A DNA stretch of 64,000 nucleotides from Planctomycetota bacterium (GTDB lineage Bacteria; Planctomycetota; Planctomycetia; Pirellulales; Lacipirellulaceae). The DNA lies in the NCBI GenBank assembly GCA_039190745.1, contig JBCCXZ010000012.1:8978-72977 (forward strand). Direction: 5' to 3'. Within the stretch, counting starts at the first letter, position 1. Every line of letters starts with the position of its first letter. Shown here in pieces: positions 9,930 to 19,832 of this stretch. The notes under the pieces are model-generated. The model saw only the letters and a list, made by a program, of their open reading frames with translations, made no database searches and was not told the DNA's origin. Position numbers and translations under genes: made by a program.

Positions 9930-10146
9930 GGCCCACTTGCCCGTCGGGTTTTGTTTCTCTATGCCGCACCCGGCTCGGTTTGCCGGGAGATTAGTGCCGC
10001 ACGCAATACAGTAGTCGCATTGCCGAGGGAGTTATTGCAGCGACGCTAGAAAAAAACCCTGGCAGTCCACCCGTGGAACTCAACCGAGTGTATGTCCTAT
10101 AACTGTTCTTGCGTTCCTGAATCGAGTGCTTTGAGCCCCCAGTACC

Positions 10147-10881
10147 ATGACGATTTCTGTGATCCTCCCCGCCGCCGGATCCAGCCAACGGTTCGGGGAC
10201 AAGAACTACAAGAAGCCCTTTGCCCCGCTATCGGGCCGGGCCGTGTGGCTCCACTCCGCCGAGCGGTTCCTCAACCGCAAGGACGTCGTGCAGGTGATCG
10301 TCTGCATCGCCGACGACGACCGTGAGGAATTCCAACGCAAGTTCGGGGCGAACATTGCCATCCTCGGCGTCGACGTCGTTAGCGGCGGAACCGAGCGGGC
10401 CGACTCGATTCAGAACGCCCTTGCCAAGGTGAAGCCGGAAGCGGAGTTCGTCGCCGTGCACGACGCGGCTCGTCCCTGCCTCGCCGACAAGTGGGTCGAT
10501 CGAGTGTTCGAGGCCGCCGCTAAGAGCGGCGCCGCGATTCTCGCCACACCGGTCGCCGCCACCGTCAAGCGCGTCGACTCCGGCCGGGTCGCCGAGACCG
10601 TCGACCGACGCGGCCTCTGGGCCGCCCAAACCCCGCAGGTCTTCCGACGCGAGCTGCTGGAGAAGGCCTACGCTTCTCGCAAAGGATCGAGCGCCACGGA
10701 CGACGCCCAACTCGTCGAGGCCGTTGGGGCCGAGGTAGCGGTCGTGGAGGGCTCGCCGCTCAACCTGAAGATCACCACCCGCGACGACCTGAAGCTCGCG
10801 GAGCAGGTGCTCAAGGTGCTGCCCCGTCCGAAAGCCGACGGCATGGCGAACCCGTTTGCCGGCGACGACCTCTGGAGATAG
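10147..10881 (+). CDS. ispD: 2-C-methyl-D-erythritol 4-phosphate cytidylyltransferase
   Basis: ILPAAGSSQRFG, VHDAARP, QTPQVF, TDDA, NLKITT. Confidence 0.95.
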   Translation: MTISVILPAAGSSQRFGDKNYKKPFAPLSGRAVWLHSAERFLNRKDVVQVIVCIADDDREEFQRKFGANIAILGVDVVSGGTERADSIQNALAKVKPEAEFVAVHDAARPCLADKWVDRVFEAAAKSGAAILATPVAATVKRVDSGRVAETVDRRGLWAAQTPQVFRRELLEKAYASRKGSSATDDAQLVEAVGAEVAVVEGSPLNLKITTRDDLKLAEQVLKVLPRPKADGMANPFAGDDLWR

Positions 10882-10985
10882 GGCTCTAGCGGCAGAGTGA
10901 CATCAAGGCGACTGGCATTTCCTCTGCTGAGGGATGCTCTACGATAGGGCTCCCCTCACTCGGCTACACAAACCACATACCTGCT

Positions 10986-12275
10986 ATGAACCTGCTCGAA
11001 GACCTCCGCTGGCGCGGCGTCGTCCACCAGACCACCGATGAGGGGCTCGGCGATTGGCTCGAAGCCCAGCCGCGGACGGTGTACGTCGGGTTCGATCCCA
11101 CCGCCGACAGCCTGCACGTCGGCAGCCTCCTGGGGCTGATCACGCTGCGGCGGTTGCAGCGGGCCGGCCACCGGCCGATCGCCGTTGTTGGCGGGGCAAC
11201 CGGCATGATCGGCGACCCCAGCGGCAAGAGTGCCGAGCGGAACCTCCTCTCCAAAGAGCAGCTCCAAGCCAACCTCGACGGCATGGCCGCCCAGATGCGG
11301 CGGTTCCTCGACTTCGACTGCGGCGACAACTCCGCCCTGCTGCTGAACAACCACGACTGGACCGGCCCCTGGAGCTACCTCGACTTCTTGCGCGACGTAG
11401 GCAAGAACTTTCCGGTGAACGTGATGCTCGCCAAGGACTCGGTGAAGAGCCGACTGGGTCGCCTCGAAGACGAGAAGCAATCCGGCGGTATGAGCTACAC
11501 CGAATTCAGCTACATGCTGCTGCAGGCGTACGACTTCGTGCAGCTAGCGCGAGAGCACGGCTGCGAGCTGCAAGCCGGCGGCAGCGACCAGTGGGGCAAC
11601 ATCACCGCCGGCATCGATCTGGCCCGCCGCATGGACGGCCGCCAGCTCTACGGGTTCACCTGGCCGCTGCTAACCAAGAGCGACGGCTCGAAGATGGGCA
11701 AGACCGAGAGCGGCGCCGTCTGGCTCGCCGCCGAGCGCACGAGTCCTTACGAGTTCTACCAATACTGGATCAACACCGAAGACGCTGACGCCGGCAAGTG
11801 CCTGCGGATGCTCACCGACCTGAGCCGCGAGGAGATCGAATCGCTCGACGCCGCTCGCGAGTCCGAGCCCGGCAAACGCGCCAGCCAACGCCGGCTCGCG
11901 GAATCACTTACCCGGCTGACCCACGGCGACGAGGGGCTGGCCGTCGCCGAGCGGGCCACCGCCATCTTCTTCGGCGCCGAGATCAGCGACCTCAACGACA
12001 ACCAGCTCGGCGAGATCTTCGCCGACGTGCCCAGCAAGCAGCTCGACAAGCAAACGCTCTCCGCGGGGCTGACGCTGATCGACGCGCTCGTCGAGGCCGG
12101 CCTCGCCAAGAGCAAGGGCGACGCCCGGCGTACCGTCCAGCAAGGAGGCGCCTACGTCAACAACCGACGGGCCGAGGGCATCGAAACCACGCTCACACCG
12201 AAGCACCTCGCGGGCGAGACCACCATGGTCCTCCGCAGCGGCAAGAAAAAGTACGCGGTGCTCCGGTTCCAGTAA
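10986..12275 (+). CDS. tyrS: Tyrosine--tRNA ligase
   Basis: YVGFDPTADSLHVG, GGSDQWGNI, KMGKT, C-terminal S4 domain. Confidence 0.98.
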   Translation: MNLLEDLRWRGVVHQTTDEGLGDWLEAQPRTVYVGFDPTADSLHVGSLLGLITLRRLQRAGHRPIAVVGGATGMIGDPSGKSAERNLLSKEQLQANLDGMAAQMRRFLDFDCGDNSALLLNNHDWTGPWSYLDFLRDVGKNFPVNVMLAKDSVKSRLGRLEDEKQSGGMSYTEFSYMLLQAYDFVQLAREHGCELQAGGSDQWGNITAGIDLARRMDGRQLYGFTWPLLTKSDGSKMGKTESGAVWLAAERTSPYEFYQYWINTEDADAGKCLRMLTDLSREEIESLDAARESEPGKRASQRRLAESLTRLTHGDEGLAVAERATAIFFGAEISDLNDNQLGEIFADVPSKQLDKQTLSAGLTLIDALVEAGLAKSKGDARRTVQQGGAYVNNRRAEGIETTLTPKHLAGETTMVLRSGKKKYAVLRFQ

Positions 12276-12296
12276 GCCGCCCGCAGGCGGAGCGGT

Positions 12297-12752
12297 TCAC
12301 TCCAGTGTCAGTCCCCAAAGACTGCCGGGCTTTTCTGTCGTCAGCCGGACCGTGCCGACCAACCGATCGCCCTTGAGTTCTGCAGCGAGCTCCCGCTCCG
12401 AGAGCAGCCTCCACTCCAAAGGCCCTCGAGCTACCCGGCGGACCTCTCCACGCCCCCCGCTGATCGGCCCCTGGTAATCAAGGTAGTGCAAGCGGTGGTC
12501 GGGCAGTTGGCGGGCCGGGACCGTCTCGGGAGCCGACGGGTCGCCGCTCGGCAGGCCTCGCAGCCAGCCCTCCGGGAGGGTCAGCAGCTCCCAGGTCCGC
12601 AGCACGCCGTCAGATTCGAGCATCAAATCCCAGTGATCCGCTCGCCCCGATCCAGTCGGCATCTTGTGTCGGAGCAGCACAAAACGCTCCACGCGGCTAT
12701 CCTCGCGTACGGGCCGTGTCTCGGTGAACCTTGACCCCAAACCCGGGGTCAC
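12297..12752 (-). CDS. Stand-alone LigD 3'-phosphoesterase-like domain protein
   Basis: FVLLRH...HWDLMLE...LRTW...DHRLHYLDYQGPI; true start probably near 12692. Confidence 0.7.
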   Translation of the reverse strand: MTPGLGSRFTETRPVREDSRVERFVLLRHKMPTGSGRADHWDLMLESDGVLRTWELLTLPEGWLRGLPSGDPSAPETVPARQLPDHRLHYLDYQGPISGGRGEVRRVARGPLEWRLLSERELAAELKGDRLVGTVRLTTEKPGSLWGLTLE

Positions 12753-12787
12753 TTACAAGAGCGTACAGAAGCAGCCGACAATCCGCG

Positions 12788-12862
12788 ATGTACTCCGTCA
12801 TGCACCCCGCGTTAGACCTACTCCTAGGCCTCCTATTAACCCCCGCAGAGGGCGGGTCCTAG
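12788..12862 (+). CDS. leuL: leu attenuator leader peptide MYSVMHPALDLLLGLLLTPAEGGS
   Basis: 7 Leu codons in 9 positions (TTA GAC CTA CTC CTA GGC CTC CTA TTA), directly upstream of a terminator and leuA; alternative start at 12800. Confidence 0.85.
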   Translation: MYSVMHPALDLLLGLLLTPAEGGS

Positions 12863-12897
12863 GGTTGTTCTGCGGAATCACGACCGTATACACCAGA

Positions 12898-12927
12898 CCC
12901 TGGGGCCCGAAGCCCCGGGGTTTTTTT
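12898..12927 (+). terminator. Attenuator terminator of the leuA leader
   Basis: CCCTGGGGC-CCGAA-GCCCCGGGG then T7; the left arm can alternatively pair with 12855-12865. Confidence 0.88.
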
Positions 12928-13000
12928 GTGGATCGAACTTCTCCAATTCACATGCCGCTTCTCACGCTAAGCACTCTGACGCGGCCCAAAGGAAGAAACG

Positions 13001-14584
13001 ATGGCTGAGCCCAGCCCGCATCCAACCGGATCCGACGATCAGCGTCGGATTGTGATCTTCGACACCACGCTCCGCGACGGCGAGCAGTCCCCCGGCTGCA
13101 GCATGAACCTGGATGAGAAGCTTGAGGTGGCCCAAGCTTTGGTCGATTTGGGGGTCGACGTCATCGAAGCCGGTTTCCCCATCGCTTCGCCAGGTGATTT
13201 TGAGGCGGTCCGCGAGATCGCCCGCTCGGTCCGCGGCAATACTATCTGCGGACTCGCACGGTGCAACGACAAAGACATCGACCGCGCCGCCGAGGCGCTC
13301 GCCGACGCACCCGACGCCCGCATCCACGTGTTCCTCGCCACCAGCGCCATCCACCGTGAGTTTAAGCTCCGGATGGACAAGGCAGAAATCATCCAGCGGG
13401 CCACAGCAGGCGTCGAACGAGCCAAGGCCGCTTGCGACAACATCGAGTTCTCGCCCGAAGACGCCGCACGCACGGAGGTGGACTTCCTCTGCGAGGTGGT
13501 CGAGGCCGCTATCGCCGCCGGGGCCACCACCGTCAACATCCCCGACACGGTCGGCTACGCCACGCCCTCGCAGTACGGCGGCACAATCAAGACGCTCATC
13601 GACCGCGTGCCCAACATCGGTCAGGCCGTCATCAGCGTCCACTGCCACAACGACCTGGGGATGGCCGTCGCCAACAGCCTCTCGGCGGTCGAGAACGGCG
13701 CCGGGCAGATCGAGTGCACCATCAACGGCATCGGCGAGCGGGCCGGCAACTGCTCGCTTGAAGAAGTCGTCATGGCCATGCGCACCCGGAGCGACTACTA
13801 CGGCGTCGATACCGGCATCAACACGCAAAGGCTCGTCCCTACTAGCCGGCTCGTGACCGGCATCACCGGCATGCTGGTGCAACGAAACAAGGCGATCGTC
13901 GGCCGCAACGCCTTCGCGCACGAGGCGGGCATCCACCAAGACGGCATGCTCAAGGAACGCACGACCTACGAAATCATGCGGCCCGCCGATGTCGGTTTCG
14001 CTGACACCGATCTTGTTCTGGGCAAGCACAGCGGGCGCGCCGCCCTCGCCGACCGGGCCGCCGCTCTGGGCTACCCGCTTGAGGGTGAGCAGCTTGCCCG
14101 GGTCTTCGAGCGTTTCAAGGAACTCGCCGACAAGAAAAAGGAAGTCTACGACGGAGACATCGTCGCGCTGGTCGAAGACCGCTCCGAAGAGGACGGCCGC
14201 GACGAATGGCGGCTGGAGTCCTACGAAGTGCAGGCCGCCCACGGCCAGACGCCCACCGCCACGATCACGCTCCGTCGAGATGAAGACTCACGCACGGCCA
14301 CGGTCTCCGCGGGCGACGGCCCGCTCGACGCGCTCTTCCGGGCAATCGAGGATCTGATCGGCAAGAGCGTCGTGGTACGAGACTTCCGCGTCCAGAGCGC
14401 CACCCGCGGAAAAGACGCCCAAGGCGAGTCGGTCGTCGAGGTCGAATACCAAAACCGACTCTACCGCGGCCGCGGCGTCTCGACCGATACGGTCGAGGCC
14501 GGGGTGCGGGCCTTCATCCACGCGCTCAACCGCGTCGAGGCGGGCGCCGGGCAGCCGCTGTCCGACCGACCTGAGAGCGTATGA
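13001..14584 (+). CDS. leuA: 2-isopropylmalate synthase
   Basis: [36 protein letters not shown], regulatory domain. Confidence 0.97.
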   Translation: MAEPSPHPTGSDDQRRIVIFDTTLRDGEQSPGCSMNLDEKLEVAQALVDLGVDVIEAGFPIASPGDFEAVREIARSVRGNTICGLARCNDKDIDRAAEALADAPDARIHVFLATSAIHREFKLRMDKAEIIQRATAGVERAKAACDNIEFSPEDAARTEVDFLCEVVEAAIAAGATTVNIPDTVGYATPSQYGGTIKTLIDRVPNIGQAVISVHCHNDLGMAVANSLSAVENGAGQIECTINGIGERAGNCSLEEVVMAMRTRSDYYGVDTGINTQRLVPTSRLVTGITGMLVQRNKAIVGRNAFAHEAGIHQDGMLKERTTYEIMRPADVGFADTDLVLGKHSGRAALADRAAALGYPLEGEQLARVFERFKELADKKKEVYDGDIVALVEDRSEEDGRDEWRLESYEVQAAHGQTPTATITLRRDEDSRTATVSAGDGPLDALFRAIEDLIGKSVVVRDFRVQSATRGKDAQGESVVEVEYQNRLYRGRGVSTDTVEAGVRAFIHALNRVEAGAGQPLSDRPESV

Positions 14585-14610
14585 GTCGGCCGCCGCATCC
14601 TACTCGACGG

Positions 14611-15126
14611 CTAAGAGACGAAAGCAAGCCAGTAGAAACACCAGCCGGTCACGGCAGTCAGCACCATGTCGGCCGCCGCGATGCGGGCCCAACGCAGGTG
14701 GAACCGACTGTGCTCCGCCGGCATCGGAGGGTTCGGGAATTTCCGCAACGCCCGAATGAGCACCAACGGCCACAACACGACCGTGCTGATCGCGAACACG
14801 AGATGCACCTGCAGTGCCCGCCACACGGCCTGCGAAGCCGACCCGCCGATCTCCCCGGAGGCGCGGTCCTCCCAGCCGAACACCCGCACGTCGACCTCAA
14901 ACGCCCCCACGGCCACGGCCAGCACCGCCCCCAGCGCTACCTGTACATTGCGGTGCAACACATACCGCCCGCGGCGAGCCTGCAGAACACTCCACCAAAG
15001 CACCGGCAGCACCGCGAACATGGCCAGAAACACCACGTCGGTCATGAACGAGGCGCGGGTGCCGAGGAATCCATCCCACCCTGGGTAACTCATGCTCGGC
15101 CTAGCGACTGGAACTCGGGGCATCAA
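14611..15126 (-). CDS. DUF420-family membrane protein
   Basis: 4 TM segments with His residues (LHRNVQ, VHLVFA, FHLRWA), TAVTGW. Confidence 0.7.
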   Translation of the reverse strand: MMPRVPVARPSMSYPGWDGFLGTRASFMTDVVFLAMFAVLPVLWWSVLQARRGRYVLHRNVQVALGAVLAVAVGAFEVDVRVFGWEDRASGEIGGSASQAVWRALQVHLVFAISTVVLWPLVLIRALRKFPNPPMPAEHSRFHLRWARIAAADMVLTAVTGWCFYWLAFVS

Positions 15127-15295
15127 TCTGCTGGCTCGCGGGAAACTTCCGCATTGCCGCGGTTGGACCGAGGCCGGCCAGCCGCTAGTCTGGCCATCGG
15201 CTCCTGGCGCGATACGGAATCAGCTGGAGATTAATCGCTTCGGGATGCGCCGGTCGCAAGGCCCCAAACAGTACCGGCGCCCCAAGAAAGAACCA

Positions 15296-15381
15296 GGCCG
15301 AGTGGCGGAATTGGCAGACGCTCTGGACTTAAAATCCAGTGGGGGGTAACCCCCGTGAGGGTTCGAGTCCCTCCTCGGCTA
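15296..15381 (+). tRNA. tRNA-Leu (anticodon TAA)
   Basis: GGCCGAG/CTCGGCT acceptor stem, CTGGA-CTTAAAA-TCCAG anticodon arm, long variable arm, GTTCGAG T-loop; CCA not encoded. Confidence 0.96.
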
Positions 15382-15499
15382 CTAGACCAAGAAATTGAAC
15401 GGCTCGAATCGCCATATGGAAAGCTCCAACGCCTTATGGCAACAGCGGTGTTGGTCGGGGGATAACGCTCAACGCTTCAGCGATTGCGTATCTTCCGCT

Positions 15500-15943
15500 C
15501 TAGCCTGACTCGCAGTGACCACAGTGGCCGCGGATCATAATCTCGGTGACAGTACCTAGCTTCTCCCGCCGACCGCCTCGCGAAGGCTTAATCTGAAACG
15601 AATAATCCTCCAGGCAGGTCAGCCGACCGCAATCGACGCACATAAAGTGTGGGTGGGTAAACTCCGACTTGCTATCCGCACCTCTCAGCTCAAACCGTCT
15701 AGTATGATCCCCTAGGTCAAGCCTCGTCACGAGGCCAGCGTCCGCGAGCTCGTTCAAGCAACGAAAGAGCGTGGACTGATCGAACCCGAAGTCGCTCAGG
15801 GATTCGACGACTTCGGCGTGGGTCATCGGGGATGCCTCCGACGCCAGCAGCCTCAGAACCGCCACCCTTGCGGCAGTGGCGCGCAGGGCCACGTTCCGGA
15901 GGGTCTGTTTCGCCCAAGTTGCGTTTTTCTTGGGGAGCTTCAT
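15500..15943 (-). CDS. Fur-family transcriptional regulator (likely Zur-like)
   Basis: LRATAARVAVL, STLFRCL, HPHFMCVDCG, C-terminal GHCGHC; divergent from a COG0523 gene. Confidence 0.88.
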   Translation of the reverse strand: MKLPKKNATWAKQTLRNVALRATAARVAVLRLLASEASPMTHAEVVESLSDFGFDQSTLFRCLNELADAGLVTRLDLGDHTRRFELRGADSKSEFTHPHFMCVDCGRLTCLEDYSFQIKPSRGGRREKLGTVTEIMIRGHCGHCESG

Positions 15944-16001
15944 GCAATCTTCCTGCGGGACGAGAAGACTTTTTTAGAGCTTAGCCAAGCGCCAGCCCAC
16001 T

Positions 16002-16016
16002 TGCAATTGCATTGCA
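16002..16016. promoter_or_regulatory. Putative Fur/Zur operator 1
   Basis: TGCAA-TTGCA-TTGCA in the divergent promoter region. Confidence 0.65.
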
Positions 16017-16061
16017 CTTGCTGATTTCGCCGTTTTGCCAAGACCATCATACCCGCGCTAT

Positions 16062-16076
16062 TGCAATTCAATTGCA
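16062..16076. promoter_or_regulatory. Putative Fur/Zur operator 2
   Basis: TGCAA-TTCAA-TTGCA, 60 bp from operator 1. Confidence 0.7.
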
Positions 16077-16151
16077 TTAAGGTAGCTTGCGTTTAGATAT
16101 TGTCCCATTAGGGATATAACTTCCGTCCAGAGCGAGCGATTCATCAGCGCA

Positions 16152-17402
16152 TTGCCCATGCAGAAATCACTCCCAGTCACGGTCCTTTCCGGCTTCCTCG
16201 GCGCCGGCAAGACAACGGTCCTCAACCACGTGCTCGCCAATCGATCGGGGCTCCGTGTCGCGGTGATCGTCAACGACATGAGCGAGGTGAACATCGACGC
16301 CTCGTTGGTCCGCGGCGGTCAGTCGACCCTAAGCCGCACCGAAGAGAAGCTCGTCGAGATGACGAACGGGTGCATCTGCTGCACGCTCCGCGAAGACTTG
16401 CTCCAAGAGGTAGCAGAACTAGCCAGGGACGGCCGCTTCGACTACCTGCTGGTCGAGTCGACCGGCATTAGCGAGCCGCTGCCGGTGGCAGAGACCTTCA
16501 CGTTCGCTGACGAAGAGGGCGACAGCCTGTCCGACGTGGCTACGCTCGACACGATGGTGACCGTCGTGGACGCCGGCTGTTTCCTGAGCGACTTCGGTTC
16601 GTCCGACGATCTGGTCGATCGAAAGATGGGGCTTAGCGACGAGGACGAACGCAATGTCGTAGACCTGTTAACCGATCAGGTTGAGTTCGCGAACGTGATC
16701 CTGCTCAATAAGTACGACCTGATCGACGAGCCGGACAAGCTGATGCTGCTGGGCGTGCTGCGGAACCTCAACCCGAAGGCGCGGATCATCGAGACCCTGC
16801 ACGGCAAGATCGACCCCGGAGCCATCATGGGGACCGGGCTCTTCTCGATGGACGAAGCCAGCGCCCAGCCCGGCTGGCTGGAGGTGCCACGCGGCGAAGA
16901 GCAGCCCGAGACCGACGAGTACGGCATCACGAGCTTCGTCTACCGCGCCCGCCGGCCGTTCCACGCGGCCCGATTGTGGGATCGACTCAACCAGGAAGGC
17001 GGCATCCTGGCGGGCGTCCTGCGGTCGAAGGGGTTCCTCTGGGTCGCCTCTCGGCACGACTACGCATACGTCTGGGCCCACGCGGGGGTCTCGGTGCAGT
17101 TGAACCCAGCCGGCTTGTGGTGGGCGGCGGCGCCCGACGACGAGTGGCCCGAAGACACTCCCGAAAACGCCGAGCTGCTGGAAGATATCCGCAGCGAGTT
17201 TGATGACCCATTTGGCGACCGACGCCAAGAGATCGTATTCATCGGCATCGAAATGGACCGCCCGGTCATCGAGTCGATGCTGGAAGACTGCCTCCTGACC
17301 GACGAAGAGCTTGCATTCGGACCGGACCGGTGGGTCGATTTCGAAGACCCGCTGCCCACCATCGAGTGGCAGGACGGGGAGCCGATCGAGGAGAACCTGT
17401 GA
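16152..17402 (+). CDS. COG0523/CobW-family zinc metallochaperone GTPase (YciC/ZigA-like)
   Basis: [27 protein letters not shown], CobW C-terminal RSKGFLW and [11 protein letters not shown]. Confidence 0.95.
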   Translation: MPMQKSLPVTVLSGFLGAGKTTVLNHVLANRSGLRVAVIVNDMSEVNIDASLVRGGQSTLSRTEEKLVEMTNGCICCTLREDLLQEVAELARDGRFDYLLVESTGISEPLPVAETFTFADEEGDSLSDVATLDTMVTVVDAGCFLSDFGSSDDLVDRKMGLSDEDERNVVDLLTDQVEFANVILLNKYDLIDEPDKLMLLGVLRNLNPKARIIETLHGKIDPGAIMGTGLFSMDEASAQPGWLEVPRGEEQPETDEYGITSFVYRARRPFHAARLWDRLNQEGGILAGVLRSKGFLWVASRHDYAYVWAHAGVSVQLNPAGLWWAAAPDDEWPEDTPENAELLEDIRSEFDDPFGDRRQEIVFIGIEMDRPVIESMLEDCLLTDEELAFGPDRWVDFEDPLPTIEWQDGEPIEENL

Positions 17403-18001
17403 GTCGTCTGGAGTCGATAGCGCCGGAATCGATTGAGAATGAAGCCTCCGATCACGGTACGGCCAACCCCTGGGCGGACCGGGCGGGGCTTGTAGCCTCG
17501 GTGGCGTGCGCCATCCATTGCGCGGCGATGCCGCTTGTGATCGGCTACCTGCCGATGCTTGGGTTGAGTTGGCTCGCGGACGAGTCGTTCCACAAGGTCA
17601 TGGCACTGGTTTGCTTTGGCCTGGCGGCGTTGGCGTTCTTGCCGGGGTGGCGCAGGCATGGGAGCCTCGCCCCGGTGCTGGTTGGATCGACCGGGGTGGT
17701 TCTGCTGGCGGTCGCGGCCTTCGGGCTCGAATGCGATGGCTGCGCGACCTGCTCGGAAACTAGCCTAGCGGCCGCAGAAGAGCCAGTTTGCAGCGCAACG
17801 GATTGTGCCCATTGCGCAGAAGCAGAGCCGGAAACCGTGGGCGAAGCCGCGGCTGTCGGCTCGATCGCGTGGTTTACGCCGCTGGTAACTCCACTCGGGG
17901 GGGTGCTGCTCGTTGCCGGGCACTTGACGAATCACCGGAAATCGTGCGCCTGCTGCGGAAAAGGCTGTCCGCATGATTCCGAGGCGTCTGCCGAATCATA
18001 G
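17399..18001 (+). CDS. MerC-domain membrane protein with Cys-rich insert and tail
   Basis: [15 protein letters not shown] motif; [22 protein letters not shown] start overlaps the upstream stop. Confidence 0.8.
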   Translation: MSRLESIAPESIENEASDHGTANPWADRAGLVASVACAIHCAAMPLVIGYLPMLGLSWLADESFHKVMALVCFGLAALAFLPGWRRHGSLAPVLVGSTGVVLLAVAAFGLECDGCATCSETSLAAAEEPVCSATDCAHCAEAEPETVGEAAAVGSIAWFTPLVTPLGGVLLVAGHLTNHRKSCACCGKGCPHDSEASAES

Positions 18002-18097
18002 CCGAAAATAGACGGCCTTTTTGCACCCAGTTCCTCGCCCAGGCAACCTCCCAGGCGCTGTGAAAAGCCTTATTCTTCCTTGCCTAGAAGGCTCTGC

Positions 18098-18112
18098 TGC
18101 AACACAATTGTA
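18098..18112. promoter_or_regulatory. Putative Fur/Zur operator (1 mismatch) ahead of the second RGPP leader
   Basis: TGCAA-CACAA-TTGTA, 18 nt before ATG 18131. Confidence 0.5.
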
Positions 18113-18130
18113 GTAGAGCCTAATCTACTT

Positions 18131-18562
18131 ATGCACCGCATTCTCAACAAAACCGCCGCTTGGTTAGCACTAGCGCACGTTGTGCTAGTAGGTGGTCTCG
18201 GTACGGGCCTGCACGCCTTGCTAGGCTGCGAGCATGGGTTGACCGAAAACTGCTCCGCCGCCTGCTGTGTGTCCGCCAAGTCGACGAGCGCTAGCTGTGA
18301 AGACTGCGTCTACTGCAGGCGGGCGGCTGAAAAGCAAAACAGCAACGACCAGCAAGAAGAAACCCTCGTCGCCGATGCGGGCCAGTGCTGCGGCGGTTGC
18401 GCCGTCTGCGATCTGCTGGCCCAGTATCAGAGCGTGACGCCTTTCGCCGTCGAGCCGCTCGCGATCGAGTTGGCCTCGGGCGAAGCGCCGATACAGCACG
18501 AGAACGCGGTGATCGCCGCCGCGATCCGTCTGTCCCATTCTCGCGGCCCACCCGTGGCTTGA
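18131..18562 (+). CDS. DUF2946-like Cys-rich leader protein ending in RGPP (putative ribosome-arrest peptide)
   Basis: TM-like N-terminus ...GLGTGLHALLG, CEDCVYC, CCGGCAVC, C-terminal HSRGPPVA. Confidence 0.78.
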   Translation: MHRILNKTAAWLALAHVVLVGGLGTGLHALLGCEHGLTENCSAACCVSAKSTSASCEDCVYCRRAAEKQNSNDQQEETLVADAGQCCGGCAVCDLLAQYQSVTPFAVEPLAIELASGEAPIQHENAVIAAAIRLSHSRGPPVA

Positions 18563-18613
18563 CCTTCGTTGCCTTCGCTCCGAAGGCTCGTCCGTTCAGT
18601 GCCGCTCTGCCAT

Positions 18614-18628
18614 TGCAACACTCTCGCA
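18614..18628. promoter_or_regulatory. Possible degenerate Fur/Zur box before the permease
   Basis: TGCAA-CACTC-TCGCA (1 mismatch). Confidence 0.35.
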
Positions 18629-18677
18629 AGGAGTTGTGCGCGGGCACGCGGCGTCTCCGCCCGCTTATGGGTCACAG

Positions 18678-19832
18678 ATGCCAATCATCCAAGAGTTTTG
18701 CACCGCGTTCTGTGCGGTCCTGCTTGAGTCCGCGCCGCTGGTGGTGCTCGGGTTTGTGATCGCCGGTCTGCTGCACGAATTCGTGCCCGACAAAATTCTG
18801 CGGCGTGGTGTCGCTGGGCGTAGCCTGGCGCCTGTGGCGCGCGTCGTGGGCGTTGGCGCACTGCTGCCAATTTGCTCGTGCAGCACGATTCCACTGGGAG
18901 TTGGATTGACCCGGAGCGGCGCATCGATCGGCACCGCCCTGGCGTTCATGACCAGCTCGCCGGCGATCTCGCCGGTTACGGTGGTGCTCGGCTGGGCTGT
19001 GCTAGGGCCCATGCTGCTGGGGTGGTATAGCCTGGTGGCGGTCGTGGCGGCCGTCGTGATTGGGCTCGTGGGCAACCACTGGCTCGGCGAAGTGCCCGAG
19101 CCAGCGAAAACCAAGTCCGCCTGCTCCTGCAGCTGCGGCGCCAATCCCCCAGCTGCCAACAAGCTGTCGAAGGCCCTCCGCTGGTCGTTCGACGAACTCG
19201 GGACAGACCTCAGCGGATCGCTGCTGCTGGGCCTCCTCGCGGCGTCGCTCATCCTCGTGGCCTTGCCCGAAGGCATAGTGAGCGGCTGGCTCGCCGAGCC
19301 GAGCTGGACCGCGATGGCCGCCGCGGTGGCCGTCTCACTGCCCGCCTACACCTGTTCGGTGCCGTCTCTGTTGATCGCCGGCAGCCTCTTGACCCGAGGG
19401 GTCGACCCGGGGGTGGCCGTGGCGTTCCTGATCGCCGGCCCCGCCACCAACCTCGGTGAGCTGAACGCGATCCGCGGGGCAATGGGCTCTCGAGCCGCCG
19501 CGTTCTACGGCGGTTCGCTGATCGCGATCGCGCTGGCGGCGGGCTCCGCGACGGCGTGGTTGCCAGAGGCCGCGGTGACGACGCCGCACGCCCACGCGGG
19601 CCACGACCACGGGCACGCCCTGGAGGCGGTCGTGCTCTCCGGCGAAGGCCAGGTATCGCTTAGCTCGACTCCACGCTGGCGTTGGTTGTTCGCGGGGTGC
19701 ATTGCGGTTCTTGCTGTCCGCTCGATGCTGCGTTGCATGACGGCCGCGCACAAACACGGGCAAGACACGAAACACAAACCAGCCGCTGAGCCGGCCGGCG
19801 CGCCGCAACTCTACGGAGTCGCCACGAAATGA
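18678..19832 (+). CDS. DUF318/ArsP-like permease with His-rich loop
   Basis: LLPICSCSTIP, AFMTSSPAISP, AFLIAGPATN; HAHAGHDHGH; start moved to MPIIQE. Confidence 0.85.
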   Translation: MPIIQEFCTAFCAVLLESAPLVVLGFVIAGLLHEFVPDKILRRGVAGRSLAPVARVVGVGALLPICSCSTIPLGVGLTRSGASIGTALAFMTSSPAISPVTVVLGWAVLGPMLLGWYSLVAVVAAVVIGLVGNHWLGEVPEPAKTKSACSCSCGANPPAANKLSKALRWSFDELGTDLSGSLLLGLLAASLILVALPEGIVSGWLAEPSWTAMAAAVAVSLPAYTCSVPSLLIAGSLLTRGVDPGVAVAFLIAGPATNLGELNAIRGAMGSRAAAFYGGSLIAIALAAGSATAWLPEAAVTTPHAHAGHDHGHALEAVVLSGEGQVSLSSTPRWRWLFAGCIAVLAVRSMLRCMTAAHKHGQDTKHKPAAEPAGAPQLYGVATK

